Assembly (NCBI GenBank): GCA_964475855.1
Contig: CAYZAV010000002.1
Location: 51,933-115,932, forward strand
Direction: 5' to 3'
Length of the DNA: 64,000 nt
DNA from: an uncultured Candidatus Saccharibacteria bacterium
GTDB taxonomy: Bacteria; Patescibacteriota; Minisyncoccia; Minisyncoccales; Staskawiczbacteraceae
Position 1 is the stretch's first letter, and the number at the start of each line of letters is the position of its first letter. A program made the translations under genes and the position numbers. The notes under the pieces are model-generated. The model did not search any database, had not been told where the DNA came from, and was given only the letters and a program-made list of their open reading frames with translations. Of the stretch, positions 36,009 through 44,990 are shown in pieces.

Positions 36009-36812
36009 TTATTCCAGCCAGGCGAGACTGAAACTTCGGCCATCAATTTCTTGTTGATGGGGTTTTTGCAGGGTGCATCCTTTGCGGATGGTGGCTTGGT
36101 AGCGAAGGTGCGACCAGAACACAGGTTGGCCGTTTTCTGTGGCGCAGCAGGTGCATTTGCGATCGATTTGGATGTTTTTTTTGGGTACACCGGCCATGTG
36201 AAGCAGTTGCTCTATTAATTTGTTAAGATCAACTGATACCTGCCCGGCGCCAAACGGACTTTGCTTGGCAGTGTGGCTAAGGCAACTTTCTACCAAGTCT
36301 TTGTGTTGGCAAGGGATTGGCCTATAGATTTCCTCATCTTCAAGGTCGGGAACAAAGCAGCATGGGCCGATACCTCCAAACACCAATACTTTGATTTGTT
36401 TGGGATTGAAGTGTTTCATGGCAGTTTCAATGATGCCATCTTCTTTTTGATCTTGGCGGATCAGGCATCGGTAACCCGTATGCAGCAATGCCAGTCGGTT
36501 TTTTTCATGCAAACAAACCATCGGGCAGTCTGCGTTGAAAAAACCGATTGCCACTTTTGGTACTTGCACCAAAGCCCCATCGGCGGGGTTGTGCGTACGT
36601 ACCAGCCAATTGAGCCAGGCACTGCCATCTTGGGGAAATGAGACAATATTGGTGGTAAAACCTGTCCTGGGTGCATACACCATATGCAGTCTTTCTTGCA
36701 ATTCTCCCACAAAAATCCGTGAACTGTTAGCCAAAAATTGGCTCATGGGCTGAAGCGTAGGATGAAAATTGCCATTCTCTTTGCCAAAAATCCGGCAGCG
36801 TAACGTACTCAT
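36009..36812 (-). CDS. YfiH/PgeF (DUF152)-like protein, divergent paralog 2
   Basis: FFNADCPMVCLHEKNRLALLHTGYRC, GIGPCC, CTCCATENGQPVFWSH. Start at ATG 36812, preceded by AAGGAGtattgca. Confidence 0.6.
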   Translation of the reverse strand: MSTLRCRIFGKENGNFHPTLQPMSQFLANSSRIFVGELQERLHMVYAPRTGFTTNIVSFPQDGSAWLNWLVRTHNPADGALVQVPKVAIGFFNADCPMVCLHEKNRLALLHTGYRCLIRQDQKEDGIIETAMKHFNPKQIKVLVFGGIGPCCFVPDLEDEEIYRPIPCQHKDLVESCLSHTAKQSPFGAGQVSVDLNKLIEQLLHMAGVPKKNIQIDRKCTCCATENGQPVFWSHLRYQATIRKGCTLQKPHQQEIDGRSFSLAWLE

Positions 36813-36939
36813 TGCAATACTCCTTTTAACTTTTTCAAGGAACAAATATTCCAACATATGCGGAATTACTAAAATCGTACCACTTTTTTTAAAAAAAACA
36901 AGCCAAAACAGGGGTTGGGACATGATAGGACAGGCGAGG

Positions 36940-36968
36940 TTGACATCTTGGTAAAAAGGGAATAGAGT
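36940..36968 (+). promoter_or_regulatory. Promoter of murA-mreB
   Basis: TTGACA(36940-36945)-17-TAGAGT(36963-36968). Confidence 0.5.
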
Positions 36969-37006
36969 ATAGCATACGCAAATTACAAAATATAAGTTAT
37001 ATAAGG

Positions 37007-38266
37007 ATGGAAAAATTTATCATAAATGGCAATAGGGAGTTGGCCGGAGAAATTGAGGTAAGGGGGTCAAAAAACGCTGCGGGCCCGGTGCTGGCGGCGA
37101 CTTTGCTTACCCGCGAGCCGTGCATTATTGATAATATTCCGCTGATTGATGATGTTAAAAATACTATAAAAGTGCTGGAAAGTTTGGGGGCAACGGTTGA
37201 ATGGCTCGGCGAACGTAAAGTAAAAATTACGGCTGCGAACATTAATCCCGAACATATTGATCTTGAAAAAGTTTCAAAAACCCGCATGTCGGTGGCGTTG
37301 TTTGGTTCACTCTTGGGCCGCCTTAAGAAATTCAGTATTTCAGCGCCGGGGGGAGATGCCATAGGATTGCGTCCGATTACCGTGCAATTAAAGGCTTTGG
37401 AAAAAATCGGCGCGCGCATTGAACGCGAAGGCAGTGTGTATAACGTGGAGCGTGATGAATTAATGGGTAAAGAAATCATGTTAGGGGAATTCAGTCCAAC
37501 CGCCACCCAGTCACTGATGTTGGCCGCTGTTTTGGCAAAAGGAAAAACGATAATCAAAGGGGCGGCTTCAGAGCTTTCCGTGCAGGATACTTCCAAAATG
37601 CTGGTGAGTATGGGCGCGCGCATTACCTGGCGCGGCAGCCATACTATTGAAATTGAAGGTGTTGAAACACTTCACGGCTGTGAACATTCCGTTGAATCGG
37701 ATAATTTGGAAGCAGGAACCTTTATTATCATTGCCGCCCTGACTCCCGGCCGCGTGGTTATCAAAAACATCAATTTTGAATATTTGGATTTCTTTTTATA
37801 TAAATTAGAAGAGATGGGAGTTAATTTTGACCGCGGCGACAAGCAAATCACCGTATTTTATTCCCCGTTTTTAAAGCCGGTAAAAATACAGGCGTTGCCG
37901 CACCCCGGATTTCCGACTGATTTGTTGCCCGTTATTTTACCACTCTTGATAAAAGCCCAAGGGAAAAGTTTGATCCATGACCCGCTGTACGAAAATCGTT
38001 TGGGTTATTTACAAGAACTTCGTAAAATGGGCGCTGATGTGGAGATGGTAGATCCTCATCGGGCATTTGTATTTGGGCCAAACCAGATTGAAGGAGCGGT
38101 AGTAAATTCCCTGGACGTCCGCGCCGGGGCCGTTTTGGTGGTGGCGGGTTTGATGGCCAAGGGTCAGACCGTGGTCCATGACATCTTCCATATTGACCGT
38201 GGATATGAGAAGATAGAAGAAAGATTGCGGGGCATTGGCGCGGATATTAAAAGAGTTTCAGTTTAA
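37007..38266 (+). CDS. murA: UDP-N-acetylglucosamine 1-carboxyvinyltransferase
   Basis: 419 aa, GSKNAAGPVLAATLL start, EPSP/MurA fold pattern. Confidence 0.93.
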   Translation: MEKFIINGNRELAGEIEVRGSKNAAGPVLAATLLTREPCIIDNIPLIDDVKNTIKVLESLGATVEWLGERKVKITAANINPEHIDLEKVSKTRMSVALFGSLLGRLKKFSISAPGGDAIGLRPITVQLKALEKIGARIEREGSVYNVERDELMGKEIMLGEFSPTATQSLMLAAVLAKGKTIIKGAASELSVQDTSKMLVSMGARITWRGSHTIEIEGVETLHGCEHSVESDNLEAGTFIIIAALTPGRVVIKNINFEYLDFFLYKLEEMGVNFDRGDKQITVFYSPFLKPVKIQALPHPGFPTDLLPVILPLLIKAQGKSLIHDPLYENRLGYLQELRKMGADVEMVDPHRAFVFGPNQIEGAVVNSLDVRAGAVLVVAGLMAKGQTVVHDIFHIDRGYEKIEERLRGIGADIKRVSV

Positions 38267-38280
38267 TTTAATTTTTCAAC

Positions 38281-39288
38281 GTGTTTAATAATAAAATTGC
38301 CATTGATCTTGGAACGTGCAATTCTTTGGTGTATGTGCGCGGAAAGGGTGTTGTGTTAAGCGAGCCTTCCGTGGTGGCTGTTTCGCTGTCAGACAACCGG
38401 ATTTTGGCTGTGGGCCAGGCCGCCAAAGAAATGATCGGCCGCACTCCGGCTGACATTAAAGTATATCGCCCATTAAAAGATGGCGTTATTGCTGATTACA
38501 AAGTCACCCAGGCCATGATGCGGCATTTTATTACCAAGGCTTCACCAAATTTCCGTATCTTTAAACCAGAATTGGTTATTTCCGTTCCCGCCGGCATTAC
38601 CTCAACCGAACGCCGCGCAGTTATTGAAGCTGCCATTTCTTCGGGCGCCCGCAGCGCATTTGTGGCCAAAGAACCTATTTTGGCGGCCATTGGCGCGGGT
38701 ATTCCTATTAATTCCTCCAGCGGCCACATGATTATCAACATTGGCGGTGGAACTTCTGAAGTTGCCGTAATTTCGTTGGGTGGCATTGTTACTTCCCGGT
38801 CAGCTCGCGTGGCGGGAGACAAGCTGGACGCAGCCATTGCCGAATATATCAAACGCAAATATAACTTAGCTATTGGTACCCAGTCTGCCGAGGAAATAAA
38901 AATAAAAGTGGGCACGGCTTTACCGCAGAAAGAATTAAAGTTTATGGAAATCCAGGGCCGCGACTTGATTTTGGGCCTGCCACGCAACATTAAAATTTCC
39001 AACAACGAAATTTGCGAAGCGATGACGGATGTGTTGGCTGAAATTGTACAGGTTGCCAAGCACGTATTAAGTGAAACTCCGCCCGAGCTTTCCGCAGACA
39101 TTATGAACAAAGGAATTATTATGTCCGGCGGCGGTAGCTTGCTGCCAAAAATTAATGAATTGGTTGCCCAAAGCACCGGCGTGCCATGCTTTATTGCCGA
39201 AGAACCGTTGCTTTGCGTGATTAAAGGAACAGGAACGGTACTTGAACATTTGGAGGAATACAAGAAAGTGGTGATGTCGAAAAAATAG
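38281..39288 (+). CDS. mreB: Rod-shape protein MreB, paralog 1 (GTG start)
   Basis: IAIDLGTCNSLVYV, actin-fold phosphate motifs, GGGSLL. Confidence 0.92.
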   Translation: MFNNKIAIDLGTCNSLVYVRGKGVVLSEPSVVAVSLSDNRILAVGQAAKEMIGRTPADIKVYRPLKDGVIADYKVTQAMMRHFITKASPNFRIFKPELVISVPAGITSTERRAVIEAAISSGARSAFVAKEPILAAIGAGIPINSSSGHMIINIGGGTSEVAVISLGGIVTSRSARVAGDKLDAAIAEYIKRKYNLAIGTQSAEEIKIKVGTALPQKELKFMEIQGRDLILGLPRNIKISNNEICEAMTDVLAEIVQVAKHVLSETPPELSADIMNKGIIMSGGGSLLPKINELVAQSTGVPCFIAEEPLLCVIKGTGTVLEHLEEYKKVVMSKK

Positions 39289-39299
39289 AATAAACTAAG

Positions 39300-39321
39300 C
39301 CACCTCTCTGGGTGGTTTTTT
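39300..39321 (+). terminator. Intrinsic terminator after mreB
   Basis: CCACC-tctctg-GGTGG followed by tttttt. Confidence 0.6.
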
Positions 39322-39340
39322 GATGTTGTTTGTTCGATCC

Positions 39341-39517
39341 GCGACAGCATTCGGGTATGAATAGACGCGGTTAATTCCGCCAGCGCGGACCGGTAAAAAA
39401 AAGACTCTGCGAAGAGTCTTTTTTTTACCTATTACCGCTCACCTCTCGGCAATTTTCCCGCTTCGCGGGACCGTGCAAAATTGCCTCCGAGATGCATTCA
39501 TACCCGAATGCTGTCGC
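39341..39517. repeat. 177-bp structured palindromic (MITE-like) element, copy 2
   Basis: Perfect 22-nt terminal inverted repeats gcgacagcattcgggtatgaat / attcatacccgaatgctgtcgc. Same orientation as copy 1. Confidence 0.75.
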
Positions 39518-39523
39518 TACACG

Positions 39524-39547
39524 AACACGCAAGCACATCTGCGTGTT
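39524..39547. repeat. ACGCA/TGCGT hairpin directly 3' of element copy 2
   Basis: aacacgca-agcacatc-tgcgtgtt. Confidence 0.55.
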
Positions 39548-39604
39548 GGTATTTCTATTATTTTTGCAAAAAAATACCCACGGCGCGATGGGCGTGAGCT
39601 TTTG

Positions 39605-39817
39605 TTAGTGAGTCGCTGTGATTTCAATGAGTTCCAAGTTGAACCGGGTGGAGCATTTTTGTTCTTCTCGGGCTTTTTTGAAATCTTGCCATTGGTTGAA
39701 GGCATCGGTCTCTGTGTCGGCATGGAAAATCCTATCTTGGACAGACGCAAGCCTGCCATCGGCCCATCTCTGGACTTCTTTGTATATGACACGCCAGCAT
39801 TTTTGAAAACCCATCAT
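39605..39817 (-). CDS. Small hypothetical protein (70 aa, cassette)
   Basis: MMGFQKCWRV... GAAAGG lies 8 nt before the ATG; has its own promoter. G+C-richer than the flanks. Confidence 0.45.
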   Translation of the reverse strand: MMGFQKCWRVIYKEVQRWADGRLASVQDRIFHADTETDAFNQWQDFKKAREEQKCSTRFNLELIEITATH

Positions 39818-39869
39818 ACTAGTTGCCTTTCTTGATAAAGAGCATTGCCCTAAGTAAGTAGGTAATCCT

Positions 39870-39898
39870 ATATTACATCTTTTAAAAGTATTTGTCAA
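39870..39898 (-). promoter_or_regulatory. Promoter of the 70-aa cassette gene
   Basis: Minus strand TTGACA(39898-39893)-17-TAATAT(39875-39870). Confidence 0.5.
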
Positions 39899-39936
39899 CT
39901 CTTTTATTGCGACTATCGTTTTGCTACAATGATGCC

Positions 39937-40719
39937 ATGAACCAGTTGGAATTTTTGAAGAAAATGTGGGATGGTGGGCAATTGGCTCATGCTTATATTT
40001 TTTCGGGGGCTGACATGGTGGGGTTGAAAAAAGCGGCCAATGAATTGCTCGGACATGCCGGCTGTAAATTTCCGGATGTGATTACACTTTCCAGTGCGCA
40101 AAGCGACAGTTCCATTAAAAATGAAAAGGATATGATGGAAATCGATATTGATCAGATTCGTCGTGTCCAGCAATTTTTATCATATAAATCATATAACGGG
40201 GGACTGAAAGCCGTGGTGGTTGAACATGCAGAACGGATGAACGTCGAAGCCCAAAACTGTTTTTTGAAAAATTTGGAAGAACCAAAGGGCCAGACATTGA
40301 TCATGTTATTATGCGACAAGCCTGAATATTTATTGCCCACCATTGCCTCACGCTGTCAGACAATCCGGTTTTCCGCAAAAAGCGAAGCGCAAGAAGCAGT
40401 ATTGCCCCAAGTTTTGCAAAATGTAATTAATGGGGACTTGGCTGAAAAATTCAAGTTTGCCAAAACAGCCAACCTGGAGGGAGAAAATTTCGAGAATATG
40501 TTAGCGGGTCTACAGCGACATTTTCGGAATTTACTTCTGGATAAAATCCAGGGAGAGACTAATCTACCTGCCTCGCCGGCAGGCGGGCGAATTACATCCG
40601 AATATACGAATGAAAAGATGGTATCGGTACTGCGGCAGATTGAAACATTGCAGCACCAGGCGGCAACCACCAATCTTAATAACAAACTGGCATTGGAAAT
40701 ATTATTACTTGAGTTATAA
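39937..40719 (+). CDS. holB: DNA polymerase III delta' subunit
   Basis: LAHAYIFSG..., NCFLKNLEEP, LPTIASRCQ motifs. Start at MNQLEFL. Confidence 0.8.
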   Translation: MNQLEFLKKMWDGGQLAHAYIFSGADMVGLKKAANELLGHAGCKFPDVITLSSAQSDSSIKNEKDMMEIDIDQIRRVQQFLSYKSYNGGLKAVVVEHAERMNVEAQNCFLKNLEEPKGQTLIMLLCDKPEYLLPTIASRCQTIRFSAKSEAQEAVLPQVLQNVINGDLAEKFKFAKTANLEGENFENMLAGLQRHFRNLLLDKIQGETNLPASPAGGRITSEYTNEKMVSVLRQIETLQHQAATTNLNNKLALEILLLEL

Positions 40720-40791
40720 AGTTCATAAAGTTATAAAGTTCATAAAGATACGAAGAACTTTAAAAACTTTACGAACTTTCAAACTTTATAA
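40715..40791. repeat. Word-built inverted repeat (aaagtt 9-mers)
   Basis: ttataaagttcataaagttataaagttcataaag pairs with actttaaaaactttacgaactttcaaactttataa. Paired aaagtt cores are separated by 3-nt mismatches. Confidence 0.6.
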
Positions 40792-40800
40792 TTAAAATTT

Positions 40801-41358
40801 ATGGCAGCACTAAAAGAATTTATGGATCGGGCAAAGCCGGAATTTGAAAAGGCAATCAAATTTTTGGAGGGTGAAATAGCCAAAATCCGCACATCGCGGG
40901 CGACTCCGGCGTTAATTGAAGACATTGAGGTTGATTGTTTTGGTCAAAAATTTTCCCTAAAACAGTTAGCGGCCATTTCCGCGCCTCAATCAAACCAACT
41001 GGTTATTCAACCTTGGGATCAGTCATATATAGAACCGATTGAGAAAGCCATTTTAAAATCCGGCCTTGGCATGTCGGCGGCGGTTGATAAAAATTTGATC
41101 CGGTTGAGCCTGCCCACACTGACGGAGGAATATCGCCACAGTCTGGTGAAGGTGCTCAATGAAAAAGCGGAAGATTGCCGACAGGTGCTGCGCCGCCAGC
41201 GCGAAGATATTTGGAACAAAATCCAGGCTGCCCAAAAAACCAAAGATCTTTCCGAAGACGATAAATTCCGAGGCAAAGATGAATTACAGAAACTGATTGA
41301 CGAATTTAATAAAAAAATCAAGGAATTAGTGGAGAGAAAAGAACAGGAAGTCTCCTAG
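40801..41358 (+). CDS. frr: Ribosome recycling factor
   Basis: 185 aa, IRTSRATPALIEDIEVD pattern. Confidence 0.93.
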   Translation: MAALKEFMDRAKPEFEKAIKFLEGEIAKIRTSRATPALIEDIEVDCFGQKFSLKQLAAISAPQSNQLVIQPWDQSYIEPIEKAILKSGLGMSAAVDKNLIRLSLPTLTEEYRHSLVKVLNEKAEDCRQVLRRQREDIWNKIQAAQKTKDLSEDDKFRGKDELQKLIDEFNKKIKELVERKEQEVS

Positions 41359-41359
41359 T

Positions 41360-41429
41360 AAAATTTACAATATACAATACACAATATACAAACAAATTTT
41401 GTAAATTGTAGATTGTGTATTGTATATTT
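41360..41429. repeat. Word-built inverted repeat (tacaata heptamers)
   Basis: tacaatacacaat (41372-41384) pairs perfectly with attgtgtattgta (41412-41424). Confidence 0.6.
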
Positions 41430-41433
41430 AGTA

Positions 41434-42561
41434 ATGATAATTACTTTGTTGATTGCATTTTTAAGTCTTATTGCCCTCATGATCATCCATGAATTCGGGC
41501 ATTTTATCATTGCTAAAAAATTCGGGGTGAAGGTGGAGGAATTCGGCATTGGATATCCGCCGCGGCTTTTTGGCAAGCAATTTGGCGATACGCTGTATTC
41601 CATAAATTTGGTGCCACTTGGCGCGTTTGTGAAAATTTATGGAGAAGAGGGCGAGGTAGTTTCTGACGTTGATAATTACCGTAGTTTTTCGGGACTTGCC
41701 ATTTACAAGCGTATGTTGATTGTCCTTGGCGGGGTGATTGCGTTTTGGATTGCCAGCATTATTATTTTTTCAGTAATGTTTTTGACCGGCGCCACAATGC
41801 CTGTTGGTGACCAGGATGTGGCCGGATTCACCGATATCACCATCACTATTTCTGAAGTGGCGGAAAATTCCCCAGCTCACGATTCGGGACTCAAAGAGGG
41901 TGATAAGATAGTCAGTGTCCAAGTTGGCCAAGTACGCACGGATATCAAAAAAGTGGCAGATTTTCAGAAAATCGTGCAAGAGAATAAAAGTAAACAAATA
42001 ATCGTAGCCGTTGTGCGTCAAGGGGAAGAACTTTATATTCCATTAATCCCGCGAGTTGAATATCCCGAAGGTCAGGGGCCGACAGGGGTGGTGTTGGAGC
42101 GTCTTGACACTATTATCCAAAAAGCCCCCTGGTATGAAGCTCCGTTCCGTGGAGCCGCGTATTGCTGGAAGGTGACCGTTGATATCACCTATGGCATATT
42201 TTCTTTTTTTGCCAATATCTTCCGGGGACAGGGTGTTCCTTCGGGCGCTGAATTCGCCGGGCCGGTGGGGATTACCATTTTCCTGGCACGCGCAGCAAGT
42301 TACGGAGCAGGATTTTTCCTTTACTTTATCGGGTCTATTTCTGTGCTTTTGGCTATCTTTAATTTACTGCCCATCCCGGCGCTAGACGGGGGGAAGTTAC
42401 TATTTTTAATCATTGAAAAGGTGAAGGGGTCGGCCGTTTCAGTAAAAATAGAGGGTTGGCTGACTATTTTCTTTTTTATTCTATTGATTTCCATGTCGCT
42501 ATTTATTACCATAAAATTTGATTTCCCGCGAGTAATGGAATTTTGGAAAGCAGGGTTGTAA
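41434..42561 (+). CDS. rseP: RIP metalloprotease RseP (M50 with PDZ domain)
   Basis: HEFGHF zinc motif, PDZ-like AENSPAHDSGLKEGDKIVSV, LPIPALDGG. Confidence 0.88.
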   Translation: MIITLLIAFLSLIALMIIHEFGHFIIAKKFGVKVEEFGIGYPPRLFGKQFGDTLYSINLVPLGAFVKIYGEEGEVVSDVDNYRSFSGLAIYKRMLIVLGGVIAFWIASIIIFSVMFLTGATMPVGDQDVAGFTDITITISEVAENSPAHDSGLKEGDKIVSVQVGQVRTDIKKVADFQKIVQENKSKQIIVAVVRQGEELYIPLIPRVEYPEGQGPTGVVLERLDTIIQKAPWYEAPFRGAAYCWKVTVDITYGIFSFFANIFRGQGVPSGAEFAGPVGITIFLARAASYGAGFFLYFIGSISVLLAIFNLLPIPALDGGKLLFLIIEKVKGSAVSVKIEGWLTIFFFILLISMSLFITIKFDFPRVMEFWKAGL

Positions 42562-42562
42562 T

Positions 42563-42660
42563 CAGCGAATTTGCTAATATATTACGAATTTACGAATGTG
42601 GCGAACGAGCGATCACGTAAAGTGTATTCGTAAATTCGTAACTAATTCGTAAATTCGTTG
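42563..42660. repeat. Word-built inverted repeat (ttcgtaaa words), related to 15309..15397
   Basis: cagcgaatttgctaatatattacgaatttacgaatg pairs with tattcgtaaattcgtaactaattcgtaaattcgttg. Confidence 0.6.
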
Positions 42661-42668
42661 ATGATACT

Positions 42669-43916
42669 ATGTTACAGTCAAAATTATTTTATAAATCCCA
42701 GAAAAACAAAACGGGCAATGCGGATTCGGTTTCGCATGATCTTTTGGTGCGCTCAGGATATGTGGATCAACTGATGAGCGGAGTGTATTCTTTTTTACCA
42801 CTAGGGTACCGGGTTTTAAAAAATATTGAAAATATCATTCGTGAAAACATGGAAGCCGTGGGTGGGCAAGAATTATTGTTGCCTGTTTTGCAGCCCAAGG
42901 AAAATTGGCAAAAAACAAACCGGTGGGATACATTGGATATTTTGTTTAAGGTAAAGGGATCTGGAGATAAGGAATATGCCATGGGGCCGACTCATGAGGA
43001 GGTGATTACGCCGTTGGCAAAAAAGATGGTATTTTCTTACCGCGATTTACCGTTTTATGTTTTCCAAATACAAACAAAATTCCGGGATGAATTGCGTGCT
43101 AAATCAGGAATTTTACGGACGCGTGAATTTTTGATGAAAGATTTATATTCCTTCCACACTGCGCAAGCTGATTTGGATGCTTATTATGAAAAATTAGCCA
43201 AAACGTACACTGCTATTTTTAAGGCTTGCGGCATTGGTAAAATAACGTATCGCACGTTAGCGTCGGGGGGTAGTTTTTCAAAATATTCCGATGAATACCA
43301 AATGGTGACAGATGCAGGTGAGGATATTATTTATGTGTGTAAAAAATGTGGCATAGCAATCAATAAGGAAATAAAACATGAAAATATCGCGTGTCCGAAA
43401 TGCCAGTCATCTGAATTCGAAGAAAAAAAATCTATTGAAGTGGGGAATATTTTTAATCTTGGCACGGGATTTTCAAAGCCTTTTGATTTGAAATTTACGG
43501 ACAAGGATGGCCATGACAAACCGGTGTTGATGGGCTGCTATGGCATCGGGCTTGGCAGGCTGATGGGCGCGATTGTGGAGGCAAGCCACGATGATAATGG
43601 GATTATCTGGCCAAAAAGCGTGACACCGTTTTTAGTTCATGTAATCAGCCTGGGTACGGATAAAAAAATTAAGACATCGGCAGAGAAACTTTACAAGAGT
43701 TTACAGGAAAATAATATTCAAGTATTATGGGACGATAGGGAAAACAAAGGTGCCGGTGAAAAGTTTGCTGAATCTGATTTATTAGGCATTCCGTACCGGC
43801 TCGTAATTTCTGAAAAAACACTGGCGGCGGGTAGCGTGGAAATAAAAGAACGCGGGAAGGAGAAAGTGAAACTGATAAAATTGGCAGACGTAATAAAAAG
43901 TATCAATGTTAAATAA
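42669..43916 (+). CDS. proS: Prolyl-tRNA synthetase, short form without the INS editing domain, with a Cys4 insertion
   Basis: Class II motifs. Zinc-ribbon-like CKKCG...CPKC insert. 415 aa. Confidence 0.88.
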   Translation: MLQSKLFYKSQKNKTGNADSVSHDLLVRSGYVDQLMSGVYSFLPLGYRVLKNIENIIRENMEAVGGQELLLPVLQPKENWQKTNRWDTLDILFKVKGSGDKEYAMGPTHEEVITPLAKKMVFSYRDLPFYVFQIQTKFRDELRAKSGILRTREFLMKDLYSFHTAQADLDAYYEKLAKTYTAIFKACGIGKITYRTLASGGSFSKYSDEYQMVTDAGEDIIYVCKKCGIAINKEIKHENIACPKCQSSEFEEKKSIEVGNIFNLGTGFSKPFDLKFTDKDGHDKPVLMGCYGIGLGRLMGAIVEASHDDNGIIWPKSVTPFLVHVISLGTDKKIKTSAEKLYKSLQENNIQVLWDDRENKGAGEKFAESDLLGIPYRLVISEKTLAAGSVEIKERGKEKVKLIKLADVIKSINVK

Positions 43917-44973
43917 AGCAAAAGGACTATTCTCGTTTTTAACCATGGACATGGCCATTGATTTGGGCACGGCCAATTCATTGGTGTATGTAAAAGACCG
44001 GGGTATCATAATTAATGAGCCAAGCGTGGTTGCGGTTAACAATAAAACCGGCCAGATTTTAGCCATCGGTGAAGAAGCCAAAAAAATGGTGGGACGTACT
44101 CCTTCGTATATTACCGCTACTCGACCGTTGGTTAATGGGGTAATTTCCGACTTTGAAGTGACCGAGCAAATGCTCAAATATTTCATTGAAAAGGCCGTGG
44201 CCGGCAGCAAGAAATGGTTTGGCTTTGGTTATATGCCACGGGTTATTATCGGCATTCCATGCGGGGTAACAGAAGTAGAAAGAAAGGCCGTGATTGACGC
44301 GGCTAAAAACGCGGGTGCAAGGAAGGTTTTTTTGATTGAGGAACCGCTGGCTTCTGCCATCGGCGCCAAATTACCCATTAACGAACCGGGTGGGAATTTT
44401 ATTGTAGACATTGGCGGCGGGACCACTGAAGTAGCCGTAATTTCTTTGGGCGGCATTGTCGTTTTCCGTAGTTTGAAAATAGCGGGGGATAAATTAAATG
44501 ATGATATTATCCAGTTTGCCCAAAAAGAGTATAAATTGTTGATTGGCGAACGCACTGCCGAAATGATAAAAATTGCCATTGGCAGCGCCATGCCGCTCAA
44601 AGATAAAAAAGACATGCCTATGCGCGGGCGGAATTTAGTGACGGGGCTGCCCGAAGAAGTGGTGGTCTTTAACGATGATATTCAGCGCGCGTTGGAAAGA
44701 TCTGTCCGTCAAATTGTGACAGCTATTAAAACCACTATTGAAGAAACTCCGCCGGAATTGTTGAGCGATGTGATGACCAATGGAATTTACCTGGCCGGCG
44801 GCGGAAGTTTGCTTAAGGGCTTGGACCAGCTTATTGCCCGTGAAACCAAGATGCCATGCCAAATCATTGATGACCCGCTGACCTCTGTGGTGCGGGGAAG
44901 TGGCATTACCCTGGAAAACACTGAAGTCTTGGCCGGATTACTGGCAAAAGACGAGGAATTATTTCTATCATAA
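43906..44973 (+). CDS. mreB: Rod-shape protein MreB, paralog 2
   Basis: GLFSFLTMDMAIDLGTANSLVYV. Overlaps the proS stop by 11 nt. Confidence 0.92.
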   Translation: MLNKAKGLFSFLTMDMAIDLGTANSLVYVKDRGIIINEPSVVAVNNKTGQILAIGEEAKKMVGRTPSYITATRPLVNGVISDFEVTEQMLKYFIEKAVAGSKKWFGFGYMPRVIIGIPCGVTEVERKAVIDAAKNAGARKVFLIEEPLASAIGAKLPINEPGGNFIVDIGGGTTEVAVISLGGIVVFRSLKIAGDKLNDDIIQFAQKEYKLLIGERTAEMIKIAIGSAMPLKDKKDMPMRGRNLVTGLPEEVVVFNDDIQRALERSVRQIVTAIKTTIEETPPELLSDVMTNGIYLAGGGSLLKGLDQLIARETKMPCQIIDDPLTSVVRGSGITLENTEVLAGLLAKDEELFLS

Positions 44974-44990
44974 GTATAATTGCTTCTCCG

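Noticed and set aside
35370-36641. Plus-strand ORFs 35370..35888, 35365..35613 and 36261..36641.
   Set aside because: They are antisense shadows inside the two G+C-rich YfiH-like genes. The minus-strand ORFs carry the family motifs and expression signals.
39473-39835. 120-aa plus-strand ORF.
   Set aside because: It starts inside the 177-bp repeat and lacks expression signals. The overlapping minus-strand 70-aa ORF has TTGACA-17-TAATAT, a purine-rich RBS and a downstream hairpin.
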